Part shown: piece by piece, positions 11,424 through 21,787 of the stretch | Numbering within the stretch: the first letter of the stretch is position 1 | Layout: each line of letters begins with the position of its first letter | Source: a virus | IMG/VR virus record: IMGVR_UViG_3300035162_002132 | DNA length: 64,000 nt | Strand: one strand, 5' to 3' | Notes under the pieces: model-generated | The model's database searches: none | Seen by the model: the letters and a program-made list of their open reading frames with translations, nothing else | Told to the model about the DNA's origin: nothing | Translations under genes and position numbers: made by a program

Positions 11424-12116
11424 TCAATCTAAGAAGTTATCCGCTATCACCTTTGCTTCTTCAAACTCCAATTGGAATTGTACAGATGGAAACTCCTGTC
11501 CTGAAACTGTTGTTGAAAATGAACGAATGAATCCCATAATTCCTAAACTAGCAGAATCTATATCAGTAGAACTGTATGGAGTAAAATATGCTTTTCCTCC
11601 ACTAACAGCCGCAGTAAAATCATTATCATATTCTCTGTTTTTCCATGACCAAGGTATTAACTTACAATCATTTAAATCAGTATTCTCATCAGTTTCAGGA
11701 TGATATTCAAAATTGTGATTAACTCTGCTTGGGATTAAGATAACAATCTTGTTTATGTTTTGGTCATCTTGAAAAGTACTAGCATCAACATAAGAATGAA
11801 TTAACTGTGCTAATTCAAAAGAAGTAAATTTAACTTTTACTTGGTCGCCAGTTACAGATTTTCTCTTAGTTATAGTTTGGTCAACTAATATTCCTGTAAC
11901 ACTAACAGTCTTTTGAGCCATACCAATATCCATAGCCAAGTTAAGAGACTCACCTCTTACTGCTCCTGAGAATGGAATGCCCATATTCATTACTGTTTTA
12001 CTTGTTGATACTGTTAAGTCACTAGCGAGTAAAGCGATTCTATTCTCTTGACCACTACCAAACTCATTCCTTCTTTGTAGTTCTAAGAAGACTCTGTAAT
12101 TTGGGTCAACCATCAC
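11424..12116 (-). CDS. Putative distal tail/tail-tip component
   Basis: Immediately after tape measure gene; synteny only. Confidence 0.45.
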   Translation of the reverse strand: MMVDPNYRVFLELQRRNEFGSGQENRIALLASDLTVSTSKTVMNMGIPFSGAVRGESLNLAMDIGMAQKTVSVTGILVDQTITKRKSVTGDQVKVKFTSFELAQLIHSYVDASTFQDDQNINKIVILIPSRVNHNFEYHPETDENTDLNDCKLIPWSWKNREYDNDFTAAVSGGKAYFTPYSSTDIDSASLGIMGFIRSFSTTVSGQEFPSVQFQLEFEEAKVIADNFLD

Positions 12117-13576
12117 AATCTCCCCGTAGTATGTGCTGTTCTATTCATCTTTAGATTAATTTCTCTAGCAACCTTATTTGCTATATCTCGTATCTCTGCA
12201 TCAGAAGCACCAACTCTACCGTTAACATGAACGTTAATCGTACCTCCACTCATTCTTCTACTTTCAGCATTAGAGTGTACTCTTGCTCCTGAAGGTAGTC
12301 TAACTAGTTCAGGCCCACGTTCTCCAACTAAAGCCATACCACCACTACTTACTCCACCATTAGCAAAGGAGGCAAGACCACCACCAAGATATGCACCTGC
12401 ACTCTGAATATTGTTACCATAACCTATGATTGTATTTCCACCAAACCCTAAAGTACTATTTATTGCTCTCCCAATACCCTTAACAATACCACCAATAGCC
12501 GTGAATATTCCTTTTAGTAATAAAGAAAGCATTGTTTGTAGAACTCTTAGAAGTATTCCTATCAAACCATTCATCATCTTAAAAAATCCATCTTGTAGTT
12601 TCTTGCCATCACCACCAAATGCTCCCTGAAACATCATAAATACTCCTGTCAATGCTTCTTTCACATTCCCAAGTATCTTACCAAACAAACCAAATTGTTC
12701 TTCAAACTTTTTAAATCTTGTACCTAATTTCATTTTCTTTATTATAAATATTAATAGTGCGAAACCTGTAACTATCGCTATGAAGTATAACATAAACTTC
12801 CCTAATGCAAAAGCACCTACAATAAAGAATTGACTTATTTTTCCTGCTATTGGTGCAAGTTTTTCTCCTATTCTAGCAAATGATTTACGCATTCTTTGGC
12901 CTATTGAGGGGTCGCCTGAATGTCGCCTGATGCCTTTACCGGATTCTCTCTTATCAAGTCCAAAATCCCTAAGTCCACCACCCCCTTTTATGAAATGTCT
13001 TCCTAAACCTGTATCCATGAAATCTTCTCTTTTTCTTTTCAGGAACTCCATTGTTCCCATACTATCTTCACCAGCCCTAAAACCTCCTTTGAGATAGTCC
13101 CTAGTAGTATTAGGCATGAATGATTTTACTATGCCTGATTTAGCCTTATTCAATTGTTTTTCTGCCATTCCCCAATACTTCTTGTATTCTGATTTACCAT
13201 TTCCCCCGCTTATTTCTTCAAAGAATTGAAAAATAGGGTCATTCTTTAACGCCTGACCCCCTTCACTCAACTTTTTCTTAGCCTCTACTATATCTTTCAA
13301 TGATTCAGCCAATTTCAAATTAGCCTCAATAGCCTCAATTGTTGATTTGGTAGCCTCTTCTTGTCTTTTATGCATGACGTTAATAATGTTACCAACCGCA
13401 CGAATCTGATTCTGAACTCTCCACATTCCTGTTCCTGAAAGAATACGGCTAACAATATTCCATTCCTGACTGCTTCTAGCAAGTTCACCAAAGGCCGCAC
13501 CTGTTCTAGTTATAGAAGTATTAGCCCTATCGAATGCTAGGCTTAATTTAGAAAGGTCTTGAGCCGTGTCTGTCAT
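12113..13576 (-). CDS. Tail tape measure protein (short, 487 aa)
   Basis: Helical N-terminus, hydrophobic central helices, C-terminal FANGGVSSGGMALVGERGPELVRLP motif typical of TMP C-termini; follows chaperone pair. Confidence 0.75.
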   Translation of the reverse strand: MTDTAQDLSKLSLAFDRANTSITRTGAAFGELARSSQEWNIVSRILSGTGMWRVQNQIRAVGNIINVMHKRQEEATKSTIEAIEANLKLAESLKDIVEAKKKLSEGGQALKNDPIFQFFEEISGGNGKSEYKKYWGMAEKQLNKAKSGIVKSFMPNTTRDYLKGGFRAGEDSMGTMEFLKRKREDFMDTGLGRHFIKGGGGLRDFGLDKRESGKGIRRHSGDPSIGQRMRKSFARIGEKLAPIAGKISQFFIVGAFALGKFMLYFIAIVTGFALLIFIIKKMKLGTRFKKFEEQFGLFGKILGNVKEALTGVFMMFQGAFGGDGKKLQDGFFKMMNGLIGILLRVLQTMLSLLLKGIFTAIGGIVKGIGRAINSTLGFGGNTIIGYGNNIQSAGAYLGGGLASFANGGVSSGGMALVGERGPELVRLPSGARVHSNAESRRMSGGTINVHVNGRVGASDAEIRDIANKVAREINLKMNRTAHTTGRL

Positions 13577-13778
13577 TTTTTTTCATCTCCCTATCTAATT
13601 CTTTATGTTTCATTGATTCTACTTCTGCATGTATTTGTAGCATTTCATTCATTAATCTCATTGAGGTGTATTGTGCTTCCGCAGGACTTATTGAGAAAGT
13701 CTTGCAGTATGAATACAATATGATTCTAAAGGCAACAGCAGGTTCTACTTCTCTACCGTGTAGTGCTTTACGAATCAA
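13548..13778 (-). CDS. Tail assembly chaperone, frameshift-accessed T portion
   Basis: Only a TTG start with no RBS; lies in the -1 frame relative to the upstream chaperone across A-AAA-AAA. Confidence 0.7.
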   Translation of the reverse strand: MIRKALHGREVEPAVAFRIILYSYCKTFSISPAEAQYTSMRLMNEMLQIHAEVESMKHKELDREMKKNDRHGSRPF

Positions 13779-14152
13779 ATTGCTTTTTTTGTATCCTCCT
13801 CCTGCAAATCAAAGAATGGGTTTGGGAGGACTTCTTTTAACTGCGCCCCAACATAAGGGCTTAGTCTGAGTAATTCTAAACTAGTAAGTTTGGGTTCTGT
13901 TTTCTCTACGAACTCTGTACACATGAACTTATACATCTTATTTAAATCAAGAGTCATTTCACCATTATCACCCATTTGCATGACACTAGATAGTGCTTGC
14001 TCGACTTGTAGCCAAGTGGGTTCTTTTACCCATACTTTTAGCACTTCATCCGAATCAGGTCTTGCCTTTATCGTATGGCATTCAGTTGCAATTGTTGCAA
14101 ACAGGCTGTTCTTATCACTTACTATTTTTTCATCACTCATATATCTTTCCAC
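13775..14152 (-). CDS. Tail assembly chaperone G (probable start 14140)
   Basis: Between tail tube and TMP; ends ...GAT ACA AAA AAA GCA ATT TGA. Confidence 0.75.
   Translation of the reverse strand: MERYMSDEKIVSDKNSLFATIATECHTIKARPDSDEVLKVWVKEPTWLQVEQALSSVMQMGDNGEMTLDLNKMYKFMCTEFVEKTEPKLTSLELLRLSPYVGAQLKEVLPNPFFDLQEEDTKKAI
13783..13790 (-). promoter_or_regulatory. -1 programmed ribosomal frameshift slippery site A AAA AAA G
   Basis: Seven A's on minus strand (13784-13790) three codons before the G stop; a -1 slip gives ...TKKSNLIRKALHG, joining the two ORFs. Confidence 0.7.
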
Positions 14153-14233
14153 CTAACTAATAATACTAACAAACAAACGATGTTAGTGGAATAAAATGAA
14201 TATAATAAAGGTTCTAATTTACTTAGAAGCCTC

Positions 14234-15820
14234 CTATATTCCCGATGCAGATTGAAGTATTTTCCAATCTCCTTGATATGTTGCTCCTGCTAGTTTTCTA
14301 GCAGCAAGCACTACGTCTACTTGTACTGGGCCTTTATCGTCAGGCAAAGGAACAGTTACGCTTTGAGTAATGTAGTCTTCAAACTTTAACTCAATGTAAT
14401 CATCCACTGTACTATTATCCATGTCCTTAGCGAACTTTAGAGTTAGTTGTTGACCATCACCATTAGACTCACCATCTTTTCTTAGTTCATCCCAAATGGT
14501 TGTATCTGTAACAAGCAATGATAAGTTGATGTCGTATGTTCTTTGAGCAGGTATATGTGCTGACATTATTTGACGAGAAGATTGTCCTATGAATCTCTGC
14601 GGTGTTATGTTGTTATTGATAGCAACACTACCTGACTTTACTCTAGCAACAGTCTGACCGTACAGTTTAATCTGTCCACCGGAAAACAAGTAAGGTCTGA
14701 TATTAGTATCATCAGCATGGTAGTTAAATAAACCAGTAGCAGAACTGTCATTTGTTCTTTGTCCTCTTCTTGGTGTATAACCCGCAGGTGCATCAAATGC
14801 CCTTCTTGTAACTAGGTCTAAGTTTGCTTTCAATTCTTGACCTTCATCAAAGTTCATAGTCAAACTGTTTACTTGACAACCAGTAAATACTCTAGCATAG
14901 ATGTCTTTGAATGGTCTTGTAGTGCTATCAGTTGTAGTACCTAATGAACCAACATAATAGTTAGCATCTGCTAATCCTGATTTTTCATATGTTACTTCTA
15001 ATGCGAAAGAAGGTAATGAGTCTCCATTATTCTGAATAAAATCATAGATATAATACCCACCTGTATTTTCTGTTACTTGCTGTAATGTAGATTTATCTGA
15101 ACTTGGAGGATATTCCTTTCCTCCTATTGTTCTAACAAGTCTATGGTTAGTTGTATCTATTGCTACTCCCGTACCTGATAAACTGTCTGCTGAACCTAAT
15201 GCATGAGCCGTTCCACCACCTGCTCCTCCGTTAGCAACAGTATAGTCTCCTAGTGCATAGTATAACCAAGAACCATTACCCATTGAAATATCTAAAGAAC
15301 CTCCACTAACAGTTTCTCCTTTCTTGTATTGGTATCCTAGATTTCTAGAACCACCTAATGCTAAACTAACTTGTGCTACTTCTACTTCTACATTTGGAGG
15401 AGTTAAAGTGTTAACAAGACCTAACCAGTTATCGGCTAGTAATGTTGGTTTTCCAGATATTACATTAGGAGCAGGAGAAGGTGCGCCGAAAGACATGATA
15501 GTAATATCAATATCATCATCATCTGCATCTCCAATATTTTCTGCAAAGGTAATAGTGTTTCCAGTATTACTCTTAATCATGTATGTTCCATTAAAACTAG
15601 CACTTGTATTATTTACTATCTTAGCCATACAGCCTTGATATAAATTAGTAACTAAAGTCAACGCAACTGATTCAAGGCTAGTAGTAGTAATATCCACTGT
15701 TGCAAAATCATTTGCTTGAAGGTCGCAGTCTGACAAATAGATGTCGCTTTCAGGTATCATTGTAGCACTTACACCTGCTCCTGTAAACACCTCATCTGTC
15801 AAAATTGCTGTTGTTGTCAT
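14234..15820 (-). CDS. Major tail tube protein (528 aa, with extra domains)
   Basis: Position between tail terminator and chaperones; RVFTGCQVNSLTMNF, SGSVAINNNI, YDINLSL tube-type motifs; no sheath gene seen. Confidence 0.7.
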   Translation of the reverse strand: MTTTAILTDEVFTGAGVSATMIPESDIYLSDCDLQANDFATVDITTTSLESVALTLVTNLYQGCMAKIVNNTSASFNGTYMIKSNTGNTITFAENIGDADDDDIDITIMSFGAPSPAPNVISGKPTLLADNWLGLVNTLTPPNVEVEVAQVSLALGGSRNLGYQYKKGETVSGGSLDISMGNGSWLYYALGDYTVANGGAGGGTAHALGSADSLSGTGVAIDTTNHRLVRTIGGKEYPPSSDKSTLQQVTENTGGYYIYDFIQNNGDSLPSFALEVTYEKSGLADANYYVGSLGTTTDSTTRPFKDIYARVFTGCQVNSLTMNFDEGQELKANLDLVTRRAFDAPAGYTPRRGQRTNDSSATGLFNYHADDTNIRPYLFSGGQIKLYGQTVARVKSGSVAINNNITPQRFIGQSSRQIMSAHIPAQRTYDINLSLLVTDTTIWDELRKDGESNGDGQQLTLKFAKDMDNSTVDDYIELKFEDYITQSVTVPLPDDKGPVQVDVVLAARKLAGATYQGDWKILQSASGI

Positions 15821-16353
15821 ACGCTTCTCCCCATTCTCTTCATCTCTACGCCTAGTTTATAGCCCAATAACCTTTTCTTTCTATCATTGGCTTCACTCCT
15901 ACTTTGCAACTTTATTATTTCTGCACTATCGGTGTAAGTTATTCCCCCCACTGACGTGGATATAGTTGGGCTAAGAGAGTTTGTCTCAAGAATGTGTCGG
16001 ACGATTTTGTATATTATTCTAAGTCTATCTCTAGATGTTGTATTATCAGGAAAATCTCTTCTATGTAATACTCTCATATGTATAGTAAAAGAGAATGTTT
16101 CATTTCTAACTGCATAATCTATGGTAGGATATGTAGTAGAAGAACTGTCTTCATACACAACTATAATTGCTGATTCACTATCAGCATCTACTCTTCTTCC
16201 TTCCTTTGGTTCAATTGAACGAACATCTATTACTTTAGGAACAGGTAGGTTATTTGTTATATCTCCCCTGTTGTATAATGTAAGTGCAGAAGAAGACCAA
16301 TTTTCTGTAATCACTTTCATTAGAAATGTAACTTCATCAAGTATTCCTGCCAT
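15817..16353 (-). CDS. Tail completion/terminator protein
   Basis: 178 aa between adaptor and tube genes; synteny. Confidence 0.5.
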   Translation of the reverse strand: MAGILDEVTFLMKVITENWSSSALTLYNRGDITNNLPVPKVIDVRSIEPKEGRRVDADSESAIIVVYEDSSSTTYPTIDYAVRNETFSFTIHMRVLHRRDFPDNTTSRDRLRIIYKIVRHILETNSLSPTISTSVGGITYTDSAEIIKLQSRSEANDRKKRLLGYKLGVEMKRMGRSV

Positions 16354-16525
16354 TTAATGCCTCCACTGCTTTCTCTTGTACCTTAGTGACAAATACATCT
16401 AATGCATTTTTAAAGACTGCATCATCACTAATAGTAAATCCTGCATAACCAAGTTCAGCCAAGGCTTCGTTCCTTTCCATCTCTCTATCTAAGAGTTCAC
16501 GAAATAGATTATTTAGGTCTTGCAT
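16337..16525 (-). CDS. Small hypothetical neck-region protein
   Basis: 62 aa ORF coupled to neighbours. Confidence 0.55.
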   Translation of the reverse strand: MQDLNNLFRELLDREMERNEALAELGYAGFTISDDAVFKNALDVFVTKVQEKAVEALNGRNT

Positions 16526-16529
16526 AGTA

Positions 16530-17609
16530 TCACGATATGAAATGTATTAGGTTCTTTTTACCTTCAATTATTTTATTTGCTTCTTCTAATAATATATCAT
16601 GTTTGGCTTTCAAATCAATATTAGAACCTGTTTCAGTAATCAATATAGAATTATCATCATGTCTGATTATTTCAGCCGCTACAATTTTAGTTGCTGCTTC
16701 ATGTATAGAAGCAGGTACTCTACTATCCCCTGCAATATACGCTACTCTAATAGAATGGTTAATGATTTGAGGATATTCTTGTAAAAAGAATATTTTGCCT
16801 TCGCTTTTCATTTGCCAAAAGTCTCCTCTTCTTCTTTGGTCTTCGTGGTCAGTAAATCCTTCTACTGAACCAAACGTAGAAGAAATAGTACAGTTAGAAC
16901 CATCATCACCCAACAATAGTGAAGATATTATAACTGTGCCTCCCTTTTCTGAATCGGTAGTTGCATAAAAGAAATCTGAAATATGTATGTTAGAATTACC
17001 TTCAGCAGTAACAACTTTAGCAGCAGTTTCACCTGTAAACTTAGCAGTCTTATGTGGAAACACTTCATTGATAGCATCTACTATTTGACTAGCAGTTGTT
17101 TTTGGGCCAAAATTATCAAAGAAGTCTGTTGCTTCATCTAACTCAAATGTGTATCCTCCTGCTGTTAAAGATATTTTCCAAGCACTACTTGTTACAGTAG
17201 TTGGTAATGCTATACTTGCAGTAGCGGAGGCTAAATCTTTCCAACCATTACCTTGGTATATTTCTAACCTAACTAGTTTTTGAATCTTAGGTTGAGACAG
17301 TTGTATAAACCCAACATAATCTTTGTATTTCCTTACAGGATATGACCCTTGTCCGAACGCAGTATCAAATGAATAAAATTCTTCGTGGTGTAATATTGGT
17401 CTGTATGATTGTTTAATCCCATCATCTATTTTCTCTTCTACTCTTTTAATTAGTTTACCTACTTCTGCTCTTGTAGGGGTAGTACTATCACTAAATGGAC
17501 TAATTTGTAGTAGATTGGAAACATCAGTATGAGTAGTATAATACCCAAAACCGATATTATAATTAACATCAATATTTGTAAAATCACTTGGAGAACTTAC
17601 TTTACCCAC
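16530..17609 (-). CDS. Head-tail adaptor/connector protein with large insertion
   Basis: N-terminal YTTHTDVSNLL...EVGKLIKRVEEKID and C-terminal IRVAYIAG..VPASIHEAATKIVAAEI, typical of gp15/gp6-like adaptors. Confidence 0.65.
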   Translation of the reverse strand: MGKVSSPSDFTNIDVNYNIGFGYYTTHTDVSNLLQISPFSDSTTPTRAEVGKLIKRVEEKIDDGIKQSYRPILHHEEFYSFDTAFGQGSYPVRKYKDYVGFIQLSQPKIQKLVRLEIYQGNGWKDLASATASIALPTTVTSSAWKISLTAGGYTFELDEATDFFDNFGPKTTASQIVDAINEVFPHKTAKFTGETAAKVVTAEGNSNIHISDFFYATTDSEKGGTVIISSLLLGDDGSNCTISSTFGSVEGFTDHEDQRRRGDFWQMKSEGKIFFLQEYPQIINHSIRVAYIAGDSRVPASIHEAATKIVAAEIIRHDDNSILITETGSNIDLKAKHDILLEEANKIIEGKKNLIHFIS

Positions 17610-17613
17610 TTAA

Positions 17614-19680
17614 TCACCTGTCTATCATTTCTTTTAATCCTTCATATTCATTAAACACTAATGTTAATTCTTCGGCATCTTTTGAATCTGTATTAGTAAC
17701 TCTATCTTTAGTTTGTTGCTCAGACGCTCCTACACCTGACTCAGAAAATCTTCCTGTTTTGAATCTGTCCTTACCCCTACTAATTTTACGGCCAAGGTTA
17801 GTATCAATTTCAGTAGTGATTTTTATGTTTCTATTAAATGTTAAGATTGGTATTCCCTCAGTATCAGACACTTTGAACTCAACATCTCCTGCTCTTTCCC
17901 AATCTTGACTTACTTCTAACTGTTCTTTTATTGCCTCCATTAAACCGTCAGTGTCATCTGCTTCTGCTAGTAGTGGAATAATATTAACTGACTCTCTGTA
18001 ATCTGCACTGTTGATGTTCTTTAGTATTGCTTGTATCTTTGAGATAAAAGTAGTATGATTCCCAAATGCAGGATAGTATGGTTTAGTTTCAATGACTTGT
18101 TTACCGTCTTTATCTTTTTTAGGAGTAATTTTTTGTTCTGTTTTTCCAGTATTAGGATTTATAAAATCAAGATTATCATATTGTATTTCGTCTACTTCAT
18201 TATCTTCTTGTAGGTTAAGATTATCTTGTTTTATATTAACTAATAACATAGAGAAAAAGGCGATTAATTCCTTTCTTCTTTTCTCAGACAACAATTGTAT
18301 AAACTTATCAAAAGGTGCTTCGTTTTTATCATATACATAACTACCCCAGTTAGATTCCAAATCATTAAACAGTGGTTGTAGTAAAAGTATTTGTTTTGTC
18401 ATTTTATTAACAGAAGATGTAAGTTTCTTATCCTCGTCTTTTCCGCCACCTTTAGTAGCCCACACAATAAATGCTTCTTCATCTTTCCATTCTTTTAATT
18501 TCAGATTAATACTAACTTGCCCTACTTTTATTTTATTTGATTGTGGAGTTAATGCTCCTAGTATAGCATCTTTTAATCCTGATTTCTTTTGAGAACTAAC
18601 AATTTCAATAAGTTCTTTTTTATTTGGAAGCGATATATCCTGTAATGCTTTCCATAACTCTTCTAAATTATCATCTCTATCATCTGTATTGAATGCCTTT
18701 TTACTACCAAACTCAACTAATTCATAACCACCATTATCTAGAATCTTTAAACTCACAAGTTTATTTGACCCCTTTGTTTCGGCTTTTCTTAACATCTTTT
18801 GGGTGATACCTGAATCATCATCCTCTTCTTCTTCCATACCTTCAGCAACTTCTCTATTCATTTCTGCTTCATACGCTTGTGTTTCTTCAAACTCTTTTTG
18901 TTCCTGAGTTTTCTTTTCTTTTGCTGATTCTTTTGCTGATAAATCTGTACCAGTTACAGAATTAAATTGAAAAGAATCTTTACCTAATACACCATATCCT
19001 TCAGCCTTGAATATAGTTTTAAAATATTTTTCAGTATCAATAGTAATATTACTTCCAGTTGTTTGTAAATTTTCTTCTAATGTAGATGGATATAATATAG
19101 GTTCGTTTCTATCAAACGCTCCTATAATTCTACTGTTTCGAGAAATGTATTTGTCTTTTGCGTTTTCTTGAGCCGGTTTTGTTTTTCTGTCAGTATCGTC
19201 TAAACCTTTACCATATCTTGAACCTAGAAGTTTACTTACTTTCAAATCATTACCTAAATCAATAAGACGTGTACCGTTATCCTTCATCTTATTTCTTAGA
19301 CCTTCTGAAAATGCTCGATTCTTACCGTCAGGAGTAATGTACCCTTTGGCTTGTAAATCATAAACTAAGTCATACAACGTGGCCTTTTCTAATTTAGAAA
19401 TAAAGGCTAGTAAATATGAATCGTATTCTTCTTCATCAAAATAATAATCTGTATTCTTGTAGTCTGAATCGTCTAACGTAATTAGATTTCTAGTAACTCT
19501 TCTTACCTTTTGCATATTAGCAGTATCAGACACACCGTTGAATACATATGCTGCTAGGTTTCTGAATAAAGGTTGGTTATCTAATAGTTCTTCCCAACTC
19601 TTACCCTTATCCGTAGAAGTTAAAACAAAACCTGTTTTTAACCTATTTACTACTTTATCGTTTACTTTTATATCCGGCAT
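17614..19680 (-). CDS. Large charged hypothetical protein (688 aa), candidate internal virion protein
   Basis: K/E/D-rich ORF in the morphogenesis operon; no recognisable motif. Confidence 0.75.
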   Translation of the reverse strand: MPDIKVNDKVVNRLKTGFVLTSTDKGKSWEELLDNQPLFRNLAAYVFNGVSDTANMQKVRRVTRNLITLDDSDYKNTDYYFDEEEYDSYLLAFISKLEKATLYDLVYDLQAKGYITPDGKNRAFSEGLRNKMKDNGTRLIDLGNDLKVSKLLGSRYGKGLDDTDRKTKPAQENAKDKYISRNSRIIGAFDRNEPILYPSTLEENLQTTGSNITIDTEKYFKTIFKAEGYGVLGKDSFQFNSVTGTDLSAKESAKEKKTQEQKEFEETQAYEAEMNREVAEGMEEEEDDDSGITQKMLRKAETKGSNKLVSLKILDNGGYELVEFGSKKAFNTDDRDDNLEELWKALQDISLPNKKELIEIVSSQKKSGLKDAILGALTPQSNKIKVGQVSINLKLKEWKDEEAFIVWATKGGGKDEDKKLTSSVNKMTKQILLLQPLFNDLESNWGSYVYDKNEAPFDKFIQLLSEKRRKELIAFFSMLLVNIKQDNLNLQEDNEVDEIQYDNLDFINPNTGKTEQKITPKKDKDGKQVIETKPYYPAFGNHTTFISKIQAILKNINSADYRESVNIIPLLAEADDTDGLMEAIKEQLEVSQDWERAGDVEFKVSDTEGIPILTFNRNIKITTEIDTNLGRKISRGKDRFKTGRFSESGVGASEQQTKDRVTNTDSKDAEELTLVFNEYEGLKEMIDR

Positions 19681-19693
19681 TCATCAAACCACC

Positions 19694-20425
19694 TTAAGCA
19701 AGCCATTTAGCCCATGCAACTGCTTTACCCAATCCTTGCGCTAGACCTAGACCACTCTGAGGTGGTGTATAAGTTGGTTGTCCTGTTTGTGGGTCAATCC
19801 AATAAGGATTGTTCATGTTATCATAACCACTAGGAGGTATAGGATAGCCACTACCATTGTTCATAGCCATCTGTTGTTGGTTCATAGTATTATTAAAATT
19901 AGTACTCATATTGCCACCTTGTATTTGGTTAGGGTTTAACCCTTGAGGATTCATTCCTTGCTGCATACCCATCTGTTGTGGTTGCATACCCATTCCTTGT
20001 GTTTGTTGTTGTGGTGCTGAAGGAGAACTAAATCCTTGTGCTTCTAAGTATTGTTGTTTAGCCATTCTTCTTTGCATAACAACTTCACTATTCACAGCAG
20101 TAGCCAATAGTTGCTGTATATCTAAATCAATATTTTCCTGAGTTATTTTTGTGAACTCATTTAATGCATCGGGAGTAATAGTTAGGTTTCCACCGGAACT
20201 CTGACTAAATTCTAATTTAGTTAACATTTGACTTACAGTTCTTGCTACTGTATCTTCAATTAGTTTTTCTAATGCTCCTAAAAACGCTTCTCCGTGATAC
20301 TGAAAGAAATCTTCTACATGATTTTCTTGTAGAGTTAGAAGGTTATTCATTGCCTTAAACTGAGTTTGTTGTTGTGCTCCCATTTGTGTGGCTAACGCAC
20401 CATTACTAGTTCCAAATAATCCCAT
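19694..20425 (-). CDS. Q/M/N/G-rich low-complexity protein
   Basis: QQQTQGMGMQPQQMGMQQGMNPQGLNPNQ tract; amphipathic C-terminus GLGKAVAWAKWLA. Confidence 0.75.
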   Translation of the reverse strand: MGLFGTSNGALATQMGAQQQTQFKAMNNLLTLQENHVEDFFQYHGEAFLGALEKLIEDTVARTVSQMLTKLEFSQSSGGNLTITPDALNEFTKITQENIDLDIQQLLATAVNSEVVMQRRMAKQQYLEAQGFSSPSAPQQQTQGMGMQPQQMGMQQGMNPQGLNPNQIQGGNMSTNFNNTMNQQQMAMNNGSGYPIPPSGYDNMNNPYWIDPQTGQPTYTPPQSGLGLAQGLGKAVAWAKWLA

Positions 20426-21099
20426 TACTCTACCTCCTCTTGCTCCGAGCCTGATACTACCTTAGCCCCTTCAGTTAATAGTGTTTTGATTCTTTCATTA
20501 ATACCATTGTTTTCTATTATTAACCTAAACAACTCTTCTTCTTTAGATTCTGAATTACTAGAAGGTGGATGTATAGACCAACCTAAAGAAGATAAAGATT
20601 GAATATCAATCTGCTTTAAGCCTAATAATGGCCCACTCGATAGTGGGTTTAGATTTTTAACTGAAGGTATATATGCACTAAAAGAAAGCCCATGTTCGTC
20701 TGCTAATATTTGTTGTTCTAACATTTCGTATTGCCTATGTATTTGTGAGTGTTTTTCACAATATGTGCCTCTCATTGGGTATCCTTTTCTAACTTTATGT
20801 AACGGCAATGGTGGACGCATACTATCTCCTGCTTCCCAAATTTTTTGAGAACCACATACTACACATCTATCTTTAAGATTATATTTAAACTTATACGGGA
20901 ACTTGAGGAATGTTTTTTTCTCAGGCATTAATACCTTAATTATTTCTTTCAAACGTTTCTTTGGTTTTACACTTTTAAAATCGTATAGCATTATTGCTCC
21001 GGCTGCTCTAGCAGCAGAAAACCTATCCAAAAAAGGATTACTACCTGTATGTGCTGACTGTGCGCCAATCAAACTTGGTGGTTGGAATTGTATAGACAT
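20425..21099 (-). CDS. Zn-binding hypothetical protein
   Basis: CVVC...YCEKH motif; coupled to flanking genes. Confidence 0.7.
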   Translation of the reverse strand: MSIQFQPPSLIGAQSAHTGSNPFLDRFSAARAAGAIMLYDFKSVKPKKRLKEIIKVLMPEKKTFLKFPYKFKYNLKDRCVVCGSQKIWEAGDSMRPPLPLHKVRKGYPMRGTYCEKHSQIHRQYEMLEQQILADEHGLSFSAYIPSVKNLNPLSSGPLLGLKQIDIQSLSSLGWSIHPPSSNSESKEEELFRLIIENNGINERIKTLLTEGAKVVSGSEQEEVE

Positions 21100-21112
21100 C
21101 TATCTCTCTCCC

Positions 21113-21784
21113 TTAGTAGTCCTTTATCATTGTTAGGATTCCTCGGTAAACCATTTCTGAATCCGATTTAGCACTAACAATGTACTTATGACAAGGTATG
21201 CCTTTATCATTTAACTTCTGCATTCCATTTCTAAATGATTCAAAGATAGGGTGTTTTTCTATCTTCCCATCATAGTCATATTTATCTTTCCACAAGTCAT
21301 ATTTATTAGCCCAAATTCCTACTGCAATAGGATAGTCATGCATTTTTTTCTTTTTCTTTTTACCCTTTACCATATAGTGTGGCGCACAAATGGTATCTAC
21401 TAAAAATGTCCAACATAGTTGTTGTTCTATATCATAATGCTTATCCATATGCCTATCATCTATCATAAATATAATATATTTAACATGTCGAGTACGCATA
21501 TCTTCAACCCATTCAGTCCAAAATACCGTTTCCCCACCAACATCAGCAGTTTTGACAGTATGTGCATCACCATCTAATTTTACAAATTTTCTAGATGCTC
21601 TATGTAATCCTACGGTTCTATCTGTAATAGAAGGAACTTCACCCCTAGTTCTTAGTTGGTGATGTAATGTAGTTTTACCTGCTTTACTTGCACCATATAC
21701 TCCGAAGGGAATTGAATGAAGTCTTTGATATACTTTATTAATTCCTTCAACAAGTAAAATAGCGAAACCCGCCATTACTGACAT
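21113..21784 (-). CDS. Small GTPase (Ras/Arf/Rab-like TRAFAC class)
   Basis: G1 GASKAGKT, G2 Thr (TDRTVG), G3 DVGG, G4 NKYD, G5 SAK at canonical spacing; N-terminal hydrophobic helix. Confidence 0.85.
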   Translation of the reverse strand: MSVMAGFAILLVEGINKVYQRLHSIPFGVYGASKAGKTTLHHQLRTRGEVPSITDRTVGLHRASRKFVKLDGDAHTVKTADVGGETVFWTEWVEDMRTRHVKYIIFMIDDRHMDKHYDIEQQLCWTFLVDTICAPHYMVKGKKKKKKMHDYPIAVGIWANKYDLWKDKYDYDGKIEKHPIFESFRNGMQKLNDKGIPCHKYIVSAKSDSEMVYRGILTMIKDY

Positions 21785-21787
21785 AAC

